Shown: piece after piece, positions 26,035 through 36,478 of the stretch
How positions within the stretch are numbered: the stretch's first letter is position 1
How the letters are laid out: every line of letters starts with the position of its first letter
Sequence record: LR756504.1
Direction: 5' to 3' (one strand)
Length of the DNA: 64,000 bases
Notes under the pieces: model-generated
What the model was told of the DNA's origin: nothing
Database searches by the model: none
The model's input: the letters and a program-made list of their open reading frames with translations, nothing else
Position numbers and translations under genes: made by a program

Positions 26035-27091
26035 ATGAAAAAAACACCACCTATAACAATCACACATCCACATTTAATTAAAGAATGGGATATTACAAAA
26101 AATGGAACATTAACACCATTAGATGTGACGAAAGGTTCACATATAATGGTGTGGTGGAAATGTTGGAGAGAACATGTATGGAAAACAAGAGTTAATGTTA
26201 GAACTGAGGGTTGGAATTGTCCAGAATGTAGCAAAGCAATTAGAACATCATTCCCCGAACAAGCAATATTTTTTTACATGTTAAAAATTTTTAATTGTGA
26301 AAATCGTAAAAAAATTGGTATTGGTAATATCGAAGTAGATATACACATTCCTGAAATTAATTTATCTATAGAATACGATGGTGAAAATTATCACAAAAAT
26401 AAAGTAGAAAAAGATATATTAAAATCAAAAATATTAAAAGAAGAAACAAATCTATTGCGAATTAGGGAATATAATTTACCCGATATAATGGATACAGACT
26501 GTATTTTTTAGAGAAAATGATACTGATGTATCTTTAGAAAATGTAATTAAAAATATAATATTATATATTAATGAGAAATTTACATTGAATAAAAAAATTG
26601 ATATTAATTTAAATATACATAGAATAGAAATATTAGATAATTACAAAAATATAGAAATAGAAAATTCATTACTAAATGTTAATCCATTACTATCATCTGA
26701 ATGGAATTATATAAAAAATTCCAATATTAAACCACAATATTTCTATCCAAATAGTAGAACAAAGGTTTGGTGGATATGTACATATTGTAAATTTGAATGG
26801 CAGTGTGAAATTTTCAAAAGAAATATAAGTGCTCATATCGGATGTAATAAATGTCATAGAAAAATTACAGATTACAACCAAACCATTCCAAAAAAGGGTA
26901 ATTCGTTGATAGATGCTTATCCTGAAATAACATTATTTTGGGACTATACAAAAAATGATATTTTACCATCTGAAATTAACCCAAATAGTGCAAGAAAAGT
27001 ATGGCAATATAATTCTAGTACAGAAAGTAAATTATTATATTTGGGTAATATTATTAAAAAAATAAAAAAACTCAGAAAGAGATTAAAATAA
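26035..27091 (+). pseudogene. Zinc-ribbon / Vsr-like endonuclease gene split by a +1 frameshift (ORFs 26035..26511 and 26585..27091)
   Basis: HPxLxxEW...VWWxC...CPEC repeats in both halves, DIHIPE..IEYDG..YH nuclease motif; removing one T from the T6 run at 26504-26509 fuses the ORFs in frame. Confidence 0.65.
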
Positions 27092-27183
27092 TTAAGTAAA
27101 AATACAAAAGGGAATAATATAAAATACATTGTAGATTTACTATTTATTTTTAAAGGAGTATTTTTAATAAGTGCATTTTTTTA

Positions 27184-27516
27184 ATGGACAATATTTACAT
27201 TAATTTAATGGATATCCAAAAAGAATTTAATGAAGTTCTGAACTATGCCCTTTCGTCTAAAGGGATTATGTTTCGTAAGGATGGTAAATATCTTTGTGAT
27301 GCACAAATGTCTGAAATAGAGTTTAATGAAAATCTAATACACAAAGGGTATGATTATTTCACTATATTTACTAAAAATGGACAATTGGTTGAATATATCA
27401 TCCTATTAGGCAAGATAGGAATTACTGGGGAGCTTGATGCACATAACGTAGCAAAAAATACACTCCATATAAAACAGAAGAAGAAAATGATAAATTCCGT
27501 TCTGCTATCATTATAG
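27184..27516 (+). CDS. Hypothetical protein
   Basis: 110-aa ORF. Confidence 0.55.
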   Translation: MDNIYINLMDIQKEFNEVLNYALSSKGIMFRKDGKYLCDAQMSEIEFNENLIHKGYDYFTIFTKNGQLVEYIILLGKIGITGELDAHNVAKNTLHIKQKKKMINSVLLSL

Positions 27517-27795
27517 CACTAAAGAATAACGACAATATGATTTTAAAAAATTCTAAGGATGGATATTTAGTAGGTAAACAATCAAGTATATTAAAGGATA
27601 TTTTAAATAGCCACTACTTCCTTTATATTGTTGAGCATGAAATTTATGAATTTTATATTAGGTATATCACTGATACTATGTTATTACTAAAATTATAATA
27701 AGTATATATCTTAAAAATATTTTTCATTTTTTCATTTTTTCTAAACATTCACATCCAATAAAAAATATATAAGGTATAAATTTTTATAAGCAAAC

Positions 27796-28191
27796 ATGCG
27801 TATTAAAGAATTAATTTATAAAGGTAAATCTTATACTGATCAAGTATTAATTGAAAATTACTTGTACAAACACGGCTTCAATTGGCTTAATAAAGCTGAA
27901 ATTGAAAATGTTATTATCGAAATTAAAGATGATAAATTGTATTGGTACAGCGGTGTATGGTATTACGGTGACTTCGGATATGGTATATGGATAGATGGTA
28001 TATTTAAATATGGTAATTTTATTGGTGTGTGGCACAATGGGCTATTTAAAAACGGCACGTTTAGTGGTATATGGATGAATGGTAATTTCGAGAGTGGTGA
28101 ATTCTTAAAAGGTGAGTTTAGGAAAGGAATTATGAAAGGTGAAATAAAAAACGATGATGTATTAAAATTTTCTGAATATTTTAAAAAATAA
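27796..28191 (+). CDS. Hypothetical protein with GxW/FxxG short repeats (beta-solenoid-like)
   Basis: GVWYYGDFGYGIWIDGIFKYGNFIGVWHNGLFKNGTFSGIW pattern. Confidence 0.65.
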   Translation: MRIKELIYKGKSYTDQVLIENYLYKHGFNWLNKAEIENVIIEIKDDKLYWYSGVWYYGDFGYGIWIDGIFKYGNFIGVWHNGLFKNGTFSGIWMNGNFESGEFLKGEFRKGIMKGEIKNDDVLKFSEYFKK

Positions 28192-28201
28192 GTTTATTAA
28201 A

Positions 28202-28657
28202 ATGAATGCAAATAATAGAAAATCTGTTGTATTGAAAAAAACTGCATCACCCGCAGTTATTTATAAAGATGATGTTATTACTGTTTATAAAGACATCGAA
28301 GGTTTTTGTTTCGAAATTGGTGAATTATTCACACATGACTTATTAGAGGCTGTAGCAGTTTTAATGAGAAATCCTAAATGGGATAAATTGAAAATATGGG
28401 ATTATAAATTTGATTCCAATATTATTATTAATCCTATTAATTCTATTTATTGGTTAAGTGGTGGTGATGTATTCTGGAAGAGTCCAGAGTTAAATAAAGG
28501 ATGGGTTGAAGTTTTACCAGAAATATTGAAAAAGTTTGAAAATAAAATATTTGAAGCAAGTAAGAAAACTAAATTATCAGATATTAGAAAGCATTTTAAA
28601 AAGCATTTAAACTTAGATTCTTTCTATGAATTTGCATTAAGCAAAGAAATATTATAA
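28202..28657 (+). CDS. Hypothetical protein
   Basis: 151-aa ORF followed by a terminator at 28661-28687. Confidence 0.65.
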   Translation: MNANNRKSVVLKKTASPAVIYKDDVITVYKDIEGFCFEIGELFTHDLLEAVAVLMRNPKWDKLKIWDYKFDSNIIINPINSIYWLSGGDVFWKSPELNKGWVEVLPEILKKFENKIFEASKKTKLSDIRKHFKKHLNLDSFYEFALSKEIL

Positions 28658-28685
28658 ATGAAAATGCCCTTAAAAAGGGCATTTT

Positions 28686-29693
28686 TTATAACTTATCTAA
28701 ACAATAATTTATTAAATAATACGCAACATCAAATGAAATTCTTTTCCTTGAATAATGTTCAGTAGAATTTCTAAAATTTGTTAGAAATAAAGAATTATAT
28801 TTATTTCTATAGTGTTCTAATGTGTCATTAAACATATCACAAATCTTATTTTGCTCAACTATAGAGTACTCTCTTGGAAGAATGATGGTAGCATGTGTCC
28901 TTTCTGTATTCTTAGCGTATAAGTGATTAGAATCCATAAAAAGTTTTATTCTCCCATCATTAGAACCAGTATCAATAGCTCTTAATTTAATATTGCTATT
29001 TGGTTTATTGTGCTTACCTTCTTTTTGTAATCTATTTATGTTATGTTCTTTATAAGCATTTAATATTTCATAAAATTCATTACCAAATCTATACCCTTCA
29101 TCATATTTAATAGTGATAGAAATATTACTCATTTTAGGGTATAATGTAGCTGTTATATTTTGTTCAATATTATCTTCTTTTTTAAAAGAAAATGAACATA
29201 CCGTATATGTAGTATCGTCAAATACAGTTTCTTCAAATATATTGAGATTAATTACTTTATATTTAGATAGAAATTCTTTTCTAAATTCATTATCTTCATC
29301 AGAGAAGAAATTTATTGGTATAATTACAATACCACCATCACAACTAATAAATGATTTAAGAGAAGCTTTGTATAAGTCCGAGACATTCCATTTTTCGTAT
29401 AATGATTTATCTTTATTCTTATTTTTTGCAAGATACGGTGGGTTTGTTATAACCCATTTATCTGTATAATCTAATGGATTATTTAATGTATCTCTTTGAA
29501 TAGTGCCTTCAATTTTAGGTTCAATATCATATATATCAAAGAAGTGTGTAGGAAACAATTTTACTAAATCTCCAGCACCAACAAAAGGCTCAATAAGCAT
29601 AGTATCTGAGGGGACATCATTTATTAGAGTGTTTATTATATAATGGCTATTTGTAGTATAGAATTGACCATATTGCTTTTTTAAATTAGACAT
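28686..29693 (-). CDS. N6-adenine DNA methyltransferase (NPPY type)
   Basis: GQFYT, EPFVGAG motif I, ITNPPY motif IV. Confidence 0.88.
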   Translation of the reverse strand: MSNLKKQYGQFYTTNSHYIINTLINDVPSDTMLIEPFVGAGDLVKLFPTHFFDIYDIEPKIEGTIQRDTLNNPLDYTDKWVITNPPYLAKNKNKDKSLYEKWNVSDLYKASLKSFISCDGGIVIIPINFFSDEDNEFRKEFLSKYKVINLNIFEETVFDDTTYTVCSFSFKKEDNIEQNITATLYPKMSNISITIKYDEGYRFGNEFYEILNAYKEHNINRLQKEGKHNKPNSNIKLRAIDTGSNDGRIKLFMDSNHLYAKNTERTHATIILPREYSIVEQNKICDMFNDTLEHYRNKYNSLFLTNFRNSTEHYSRKRISFDVAYYLINYCLDKL

Positions 29694-29792
29694 TAATTAA
29701 CAATATTTTCTAATTATATAGAAAATGTATAATTAGTTTTAAATAAAAAAAGGCTAAATTACTTTAGCCTTTTTCATAAATGTAAGCATTTA

Positions 29793-30473
29793 TTACAATG
29801 CTTTATCAATATCAGCTTTGAAGCTATAAGAATCTGTAATAACGATGTTAGTTTTATTAGAGAACCTTTCTTTCAAATCTGCAATTACTCGTGGAGTATA
29901 ATATGTTCCATCAAGTACAGCTACAAATAAATTATTATTGCTTCTTGATTTAGAGCCTTCTGTTAGGAAGTTCAAAACATTTCCAAATTGTCTATCTTGT
30001 CCACCACCTTGACCAGTAGTGAATTTTAGAGTGCTATATACATTAACACCTTTGTATGTATATGCTGTATCGACAGAAGTACTTTCTTTTCTAGCTCTTA
30101 CAGTTTTAATAGAACCATTTTCCACATAAATGTTACCTGACAATTTTTCAAAATCAGTTGTAGATTTTAGTTGTCTTTCAATAATGCTAATTTGATACTT
30201 TTCAGCATGATTTTGTTTTGTTGTGCTTTTAGCATAATTGCGAGCAAGTCTTTCGCTTTTTTTCATTTCACGGAAAATTGCACTTGGATCATCATTCATT
30301 CTTTTTGCATCATTGTTGATTCTTGTTTGAGCATCCAATGGAAGTTGAGTGATGGTTCTTGCTGTTGCAACCTCATTTAAAAAATTGTTAACATTTTTCA
30401 TTCTTCTGTTATCCATGATTCTTTTGATAATAGAATTGAATTTTAATCGATTTGTGCTTTTAGTTTTTTTCAT
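29793..30473 (-). CDS. Putative PD-(D/E)xK restriction-endonuclease-like protein (likely start 30401)
   Basis: SVDT...TLKFTTGQGGGQDRQ...VAVLDG pattern; adjacent to the methyltransferase; internal start MKNVNNFLNEVA. Confidence 0.5.
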   Translation of the reverse strand: MKKTKSTNRLKFNSIIKRIMDNRRMKNVNNFLNEVATARTITQLPLDAQTRINNDAKRMNDDPSAIFREMKKSERLARNYAKSTTKQNHAEKYQISIIERQLKSTTDFEKLSGNIYVENGSIKTVRARKESTSVDTAYTYKGVNVYSTLKFTTGQGGGQDRQFGNVLNFLTEGSKSRSNNNLFVAVLDGTYYTPRVIADLKERFSNKTNIVITDSYSFKADIDKAL

Positions 30474-30615
30474 TTGCTTAATTTTTAATAATTGAAAATT
30501 GTTTTAATTATGACTTCTACACAAAATTTAATATTAGTTTTAAAAAAATATAATAAAAAAAGTTTTATAACTATATAAGTTATTTTTTAAAATATATTAA
30601 ATTATATATACTATT

Positions 30616-32016
30616 ATGAATATTTTATCATTTTTATATGGATTGTTACAAGAAAAAGAAATTATTTTAAGTGATAACCTCCTTTCGCTTCTTAAAGATA
30701 TGAATGATGTTATTGCAAATCATTTAATAGAATTGCAAGGTAAATCGGATATGGCTTATAGTTTTATTGACATAGCAGATGATGGTATGGTATCATATTT
30801 ACCATCTAATAGAGAAAAAGGTTTATCTGATGATGAAAAATGGAGTAAAGGCAGACAAAAAGTTAAAATTGGAAGATTCGTTAGAGCAGTATTAGAAAAA
30901 GAAAATATCAAATATACAGATTATCAAATTGATTTATTCGTAAATAAGTATTTAGCAATACAGAGAAAAAATAATAATCAATACACTTTTAAATTAGTTA
31001 GTGGTAATGAAATTCCTAAATGGTATCTACAAGATAACTATCATGGAAATTTCGAAGAATCACATACATTATGGAATAGCTGTATGAGATATGATTCATG
31101 TCAAACATACTTTAAAGTGTATGAAAGAACACCATCAATCAAACTATTAATACTTTTAGATAATACTACTCAAAAACTTGTAGGAAGAGCTTTAGTATGG
31201 ACTAAATGTGAACCATTGGATGGAGATGTTACAAATACATTCATTTTTATGGATAGAATATATTGTTATAAAACATATATGGAAGAATTGTTTAAGAATT
31301 ATGCTAAAGAAAATAATTGGTGGTGGAAAGAACAACAAGATTCAGGAGCAGGAACAGGAATCACTAATGGTAGAATAGGTAAAGTTAGAAAATTTAAAGT
31401 TGAAATTAGTGATTTAGAAACTGGTGAAGATAGACCTTTCATGGATACACTCAAATACTATGTTCCACACGAAGGTATATTAACAAACGACGGATCTTAT
31501 GATAGCATTACAGAAATATGGGAAAGTACCGATGGATTTTACACAACACCTATGGACGAATATGATAGTGATCCATGGGATGATGAAGATGATTATTTAA
31601 ATGAAAATATATCTAAGTTTAAATATCTAAAAACTTTTGAATCTTTTCATGAAGATGAAGAAGAAGAAGAAGAAGAGGATGATATTTATCAAATATTTAA
31701 TAGTATTGGTAAAACGATGTATGTTGATGTACCTAAACTAACAGAGTATATTAAAAAAATTGATAATAGAGTTAATAATATTCATGTATCATTTTATAAT
31801 TCAACTTTCGACGATAGTGTCTATTTAAAATTAGAATTTTTTGATAATGGTAAAAAAATGCAAGGTGAAATAGTAAATATTGTGTATTATAATTTTATTA
31901 AAGATATAAAACATGAACATATTGTATATGTACAACGAATTGTTAATAATTCGATTACTGGTAATTTAATGTTAAAATTCACATTTAATATAGAAGAAGT
32001 AAAACTTATAAATTAA
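30616..32016 (+). CDS. Phage protein of the SC..R..DxxY family (divergent member)
   Basis: NSCMRY...GRALVW...FMDRIY...PFMDTL. Confidence 0.65.
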   Translation: MNILSFLYGLLQEKEIILSDNLLSLLKDMNDVIANHLIELQGKSDMAYSFIDIADDGMVSYLPSNREKGLSDDEKWSKGRQKVKIGRFVRAVLEKENIKYTDYQIDLFVNKYLAIQRKNNNQYTFKLVSGNEIPKWYLQDNYHGNFEESHTLWNSCMRYDSCQTYFKVYERTPSIKLLILLDNTTQKLVGRALVWTKCEPLDGDVTNTFIFMDRIYCYKTYMEELFKNYAKENNWWWKEQQDSGAGTGITNGRIGKVRKFKVEISDLETGEDRPFMDTLKYYVPHEGILTNDGSYDSITEIWESTDGFYTTPMDEYDSDPWDDEDDYLNENISKFKYLKTFESFHEDEEEEEEEDDIYQIFNSIGKTMYVDVPKLTEYIKKIDNRVNNIHVSFYNSTFDDSVYLKLEFFDNGKKMQGEIVNIVYYNFIKDIKHEHIVYVQRIVNNSITGNLMLKFTFNIEEVKLIN

Positions 32017-32017
32017 T

Positions 32018-32371
32018 TTATTCATAACTTGATAATAGTATCATATCACCATCAGTTTTGTTAACTATTAATGCCCCACCATTATCATTAACTATAGTAC
32101 AGAATTTTTTAGCATTTTCTCTATCAATTTTAAGAAGAATTTCCATTACATACCTATAATTTTGACCATCACAATAAATAATAGCTACTTCTAATATGTC
32201 AAGATTTTTCAAGAAATCAATAGCATTGTTAGTAAAATGAAGTTTATCCTCTTCCCCACAGACAGTTTTATAGTATTCTAAATCTGAAATTGGAATTAAT
32301 CGTATATCCGCATCCTCTTCGTTCAATAATTTTTGAGTATATCCAGAAATTCTTAATAAGTTTTCTATCAT
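32018..32371 (-). CDS. Hypothetical protein
   Basis: 117-aa ORF. Confidence 0.6.
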   Translation of the reverse strand: MIENLLRISGYTQKLLNEEDADIRLIPISDLEYYKTVCGEEDKLHFTNNAIDFLKNLDILEVAIIYCDGQNYRYVMEILLKIDRENAKKFCTIVNDNGGALIVNKTDGDMILLSSYE

Positions 32372-32475
32372 ATTTCATAAATATACATGTTTTTATGTAT
32401 ATACCACAAATATAATGAAAAAATGAAACAAATACAATATTTCCCATATAATAGTTTCAAACATATTTAAAAACC

Positions 32476-33207
32476 ATGAAAAACTATCTAATATATGACT
32501 GGGATGATAATTTGTTACATATGGATACCGAAATCTTTGTTGAATTTAATGATAATGGTGTATGGAAGGAGATTGCTATCACATCTTCACATTATAGAAT
32601 AGCAAGAAAAAGTCCTTTATATCGCCCCACAGAAAATGGATATAGAAATTGTCATGGTAATGGTCCTGAGTTCTTAAATGACGTTAAGAAGGCTATTAAA
32701 GCGAAGGCTTTTGGCCCAAGTTTCGATTCACTTATTAAATCTCTAATAAGTGGTAATATATTATCTATAATTTCAGCTAGGGGACATGATTCTAAAACAA
32801 TTAGAAGTGGTATTGAATACATAATTTCGCATTGTCTATCAAAAGCAAATATTGAAGATATGTTAGAAAATCTTAAACAAATAAACATAAATACCATAGA
32901 AGAATATTTAGATACTTGCATTTATGTAGGAGTTTATTCGCCTGAGTTTTTAAAAACTATATCAAGTGATATAGAAGACAATACAGAAAGTTATAAAAGA
33001 ATTGCAGTAGAAAGAAGTTTCGATTTTTATTTAAAACATAGCACTCAATTTGATTCTACTATTAGTATCGGATTTTCAGACGATGATAAACACAATGTTA
33101 TTAAAATAACTGAATACTTTAAAGAACTTAAAGTTAAGTATCCACATATAGAACTCGCTATATTTGACACATCCGAAAAGAAACACGAAAAATTAATTAT
33201 CGACTAA
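32476..33207 (+). CDS. HAD-superfamily protein
   Basis: IYDWDDNL motif I, ISARG, FSDDD motif IV. Confidence 0.7.
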   Translation: MKNYLIYDWDDNLLHMDTEIFVEFNDNGVWKEIAITSSHYRIARKSPLYRPTENGYRNCHGNGPEFLNDVKKAIKAKAFGPSFDSLIKSLISGNILSIISARGHDSKTIRSGIEYIISHCLSKANIEDMLENLKQININTIEEYLDTCIYVGVYSPEFLKTISSDIEDNTESYKRIAVERSFDFYLKHSTQFDSTISIGFSDDDKHNVIKITEYFKELKVKYPHIELAIFDTSEKKHEKLIID

Positions 33208-34012
33208 GTAATAATTTTATGTGTGTTTCATCCTTTAACTCAATATTAAAATCATTCTCTACTTGTCTTTTTAAAAATGGTAGAGTAAATGATTCATAAT
33301 ATAATTTAGTCCAACTAGCAGGAATTTTTCTTTCTAATGTTTCTCTTGTTATAGGAACATAATTTTCTATAAGTTCTCTATCCCAATTGTCATAATAGCG
33401 ATACTTTAATAAAAAGTGAATGAAATTTCTTCTATTGGAATTTATTGGCCCCCAATAATTTTCAAATGTTGTAATAATATCTTTGTTAGAAATATTAGAT
33501 TTTATTTTTTCATAGTCACTATCAGAAACGGGCATTCTTTCAAGTTTTGATGATGGTATCATATCTCTGATAGCAATATATTTAAAATTAGATTTAAATA
33601 CTCTATTCCAAAATAAAGAAATATCAGCACTATTACTATATGAGTATACTTCGTGTATAACACTAGATAGAAGTAATAGAGGTGAATTATATTGACTAAT
33701 GATAGATAATATATCTTCCCATTTAGTAGTAAAATATCCATTTGGAACTTTTTGTTTAGCTTTATCTAACATATTTGCATTTAAATCATAACCAATAAGT
33801 TTAATGTTAGGATTTACATTTTGAATTTCTTTTAATGTAGAACCATCAGCACAACCAAAATCAACAATGACATCAGGAGTAACATAATTCAAGAAAAATA
33901 TTTTATCATCAATTGTTTTAGACATAGCAACATTGTAATCATCCATATCTTGGATATAATGTTTTTGATTACCCCATCTTTCTAAAATATATTCAGCAAA
34001 ATTTTTCAACAT
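33197..34012 (-). CDS. Class I SAM-dependent methyltransferase with capsid-targeting-like N-terminus
   Basis: IVDFGCADG, IGYDLN; starts MLKNFAEYILER. Confidence 0.8.
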   Translation of the reverse strand: MLKNFAEYILERWGNQKHYIQDMDDYNVAMSKTIDDKIFFLNYVTPDVIVDFGCADGSTLKEIQNVNPNIKLIGYDLNANMLDKAKQKVPNGYFTTKWEDILSIISQYNSPLLLLSSVIHEVYSYSNSADISLFWNRVFKSNFKYIAIRDMIPSSKLERMPVSDSDYEKIKSNISNKDIITTFENYWGPINSNRRNFIHFLLKYRYYDNWDRELIENYVPITRETLERKIPASWTKLYYESFTLPFLKRQVENDFNIELKDETHIKLLLSR

Positions 34013-34013
34013 A

Positions 34014-35582
34014 TTATACTAATTCATATATTTTATAATCACCTACAATATGATATTTTCTATCTTTAGTATAAAATGTCAAGAAGTATGGGTGGTTATC
34101 ACCTATCATTTTTTTAACTATTAAGCAATCTTGATTTTCTCTAATAAAATCTATAACACTATTTTCGTAATAATCTTTTATTATTTCATTAACCTTACGT
34201 TTAATTACAGTCTCATTACCTTTTATCCCATCATCTTTTCCAAATTTTTTGAAATCAAAGTAATTTAAAATATTTGATTCGATAGATTTTATTATTTTTT
34301 TAGATAATGGTTTTTTAAAATAAAAATCACCATTAATACATTTTTCAACAAAATTGTCTGTATTTTTAGTGATATAAAATAGTCTATCATTTTTTGTATT
34401 TGCACGATAAACACCATCGCCACATTCTTCAATATCTTCAATATCAAATTTGTATAGTGATAATAAGGCTTTAACCTCTTCATTATTTGGATTTTTTACA
34501 CTATTTAAGCTATCTAAATATGGGTAATCCAATTCATCAGGAATATTAAAATAATAATCAATTCCGCTATAATTAGATTTCATACCAGTATATTTAGTTA
34601 TAATTCCGTAAAACATTTTTTGTAATTTAGTCCAATTATTATCCAAATATGGATATATCTGATCAAAGAATATTTTACCTTTAATATTTCTAATTATACA
34701 TCTTGATACTGATGTTATAGGATTTATATTACCTTCTTTGTCTGTAAATGGTGTATTGAAAATTAAATATGCAACTTTCATATTATTATCAAATACATTT
34801 GATAATAATCGGCTATTGTATTCACCATTATACAAATTTTGACAAGAATCATAGAAACGAGAAATAGACATATTTAAAATATCAGATGGTTTAGATGTTA
34901 TGTATAATTCCATATCGAAATTTTTAAACATATCCATATCTAAAATTTCTTTAGATACTGAATAAAAATTATTAACAGTATAATCATCTAAAGGATTTGG
35001 AATATTCGCAGATGTGAAAATTTCATCATACACATCAATGAATGTATTGAACGAGGATTTGTTTTTATTAAAAACTATTTCATTAGGTTTTTTAGAAACT
35101 TTTTGTATTTCACCATCTTTAGTAATTGGAACACCATTACTATCTCTTAAAATTTTTTCAGATGATTTTGTTTCTTTAACATTTATTGTATAAAAGTTAT
35201 TACTATAAAATTTATCCAGCATTACAGCTACATCTATTGCATTCTTAGGTAAAACAAATGATATACTATTATCTGTTTTAGATGCATTAAAAGCATTTAT
35301 GAATTGTGTATTCATTTGCGATAAACATGATTTAAATACTCTAAAAACATTTTTTATATCGATGTCATCGAATATTAATCCAATGATAGCATCCTTTTCT
35401 TCTTTAGATAACACCCATTTTCCTTCTTTAATATTTTCTGTTTTAGAAGGTACATCCATATCTAAGAATTTTTTAGAATCTTCACCATAAATGTATTCTA
35501 AAGCATTTATATGATGTTTAGGTAATTCATCTCTTAAAGCTTCTCTTTCTAATAAAAATTGATAGAATTTTAAAATACTCAT
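34014..35582 (-). CDS. SC..R..DxxY family paralog with capsid-targeting-like N-terminus
   Basis: Aligns by eye with 50852..52480 and 52525..54189 (ALRDE, EGKW, LYITSKP, DSCQ, IFFDQIYP). Confidence 0.75.
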   Translation of the reverse strand: MSILKFYQFLLEREALRDELPKHHINALEYIYGEDSKKFLDMDVPSKTENIKEGKWVLSKEEKDAIIGLIFDDIDIKNVFRVFKSCLSQMNTQFINAFNASKTDNSISFVLPKNAIDVAVMLDKFYSNNFYTINVKETKSSEKILRDSNGVPITKDGEIQKVSKKPNEIVFNKNKSSFNTFIDVYDEIFTSANIPNPLDDYTVNNFYSVSKEILDMDMFKNFDMELYITSKPSDILNMSISRFYDSCQNLYNGEYNSRLLSNVFDNNMKVAYLIFNTPFTDKEGNINPITSVSRCIIRNIKGKIFFDQIYPYLDNNWTKLQKMFYGIITKYTGMKSNYSGIDYYFNIPDELDYPYLDSLNSVKNPNNEEVKALLSLYKFDIEDIEECGDGVYRANTKNDRLFYITKNTDNFVEKCINGDFYFKKPLSKKIIKSIESNILNYFDFKKFGKDDGIKGNETVIKRKVNEIIKDYYENSVIDFIRENQDCLIVKKMIGDNHPYFLTFYTKDRKYHIVGDYKIYELV

Positions 35583-35614
35583 AATACTATATATTTAAAT
35601 AATATATACATAAT

Positions 35615-36478
35615 ATGGACGAAATAATTTTCTTTGATATTGATTATACTTTAATTATACCCGAATCAAAATTATCTATTATTGATAAAGAAAATCCAGG
35701 TGAGGTAATAATGAGAATTAGTAGTTCTGATATACCACTTTTAACATCAGTGTGGAAAAAATTTGACATTATGATAGAATATAATGGTAAAACTTTTTGG
35801 TTAAGTCCTGATTTACTCAAATCAATAAAAAGGAAAGTTAATGGTATTACATCTAAAAGAATAGGTATTAGTTATAGAGAATGGTCAGATAAAGAAATTT
35901 TAGAAAAACAATCAAAAGGATTAGAATTCTTACTTTACAATTTACAGAATTTAAAAGATAGTGGAATACCAGTAGTTCTTTTAACAGCAAGAGGTTCTAA
36001 AGAAAATCATGATAAATTCATTAATAAAATTAAAGATGAAATATACACAAAGCTTAGATTACCTGTTATAAAAGAATACTTTATTAATGATATAGAATCT
36101 CAAACAAATTCAGATTTGATAGCATCGAGAAAATCTAAAATAATATTAGAACATCTTATTGGATATAAAATAAAAAGCAATCGTTTTATAGATTTAAAAC
36201 AAAGTGAATACGATAAAGTTAAATTTTATGATAGTGATGATAAAAATATTGAGGCAGTTAAAAATTTACAAACATTGCTTGAGATATGTTTAAATAATAC
36301 AGATAAATCATTAAAATCTCAAATAATGCAAAGACTTAAATATTCTAAATTAGAATGGGAAACAAATTTAGTTACAAATAATGACTTGAATCCATTTATA
36401 ATTAATACTAATTCTTTAATTTATCCTTATGATTCAACTGTTGATTTATTTGAAAATTTTGGGAGAAAAGGATTTTAA
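35615..36478 (+). CDS. HAD-superfamily protein (related to 32476..33207)
   Basis: FFDIDYTL, LTARG, FYDSDDKN. Confidence 0.7.
   Translation: MDEIIFFDIDYTLIIPESKLSIIDKENPGEVIMRISSSDIPLLTSVWKKFDIMIEYNGKTFWLSPDLLKSIKRKVNGITSKRIGISYREWSDKEILEKQSKGLEFLLYNLQNLKDSGIPVVLLTARGSKENHDKFINKIKDEIYTKLRLPVIKEYFINDIESQTNSDLIASRKSKIILEHLIGYKIKSNRFIDLKQSEYDKVKFYDSDDKNIEAVKNLQTLLEICLNNTDKSLKSQIMQRLKYSKLEWETNLVTNNDLNPFIINTNSLIYPYDSTVDLFENFGRKGF

Noticed and set aside
27455-27701. Programmed -1 frameshift extending 27184..27516 at an A6 run
   Set aside because: The alternative frame is open but there is no canonical slippery heptamer or downstream structure; a homopolymer error or a separate small ORF explains it equally well.
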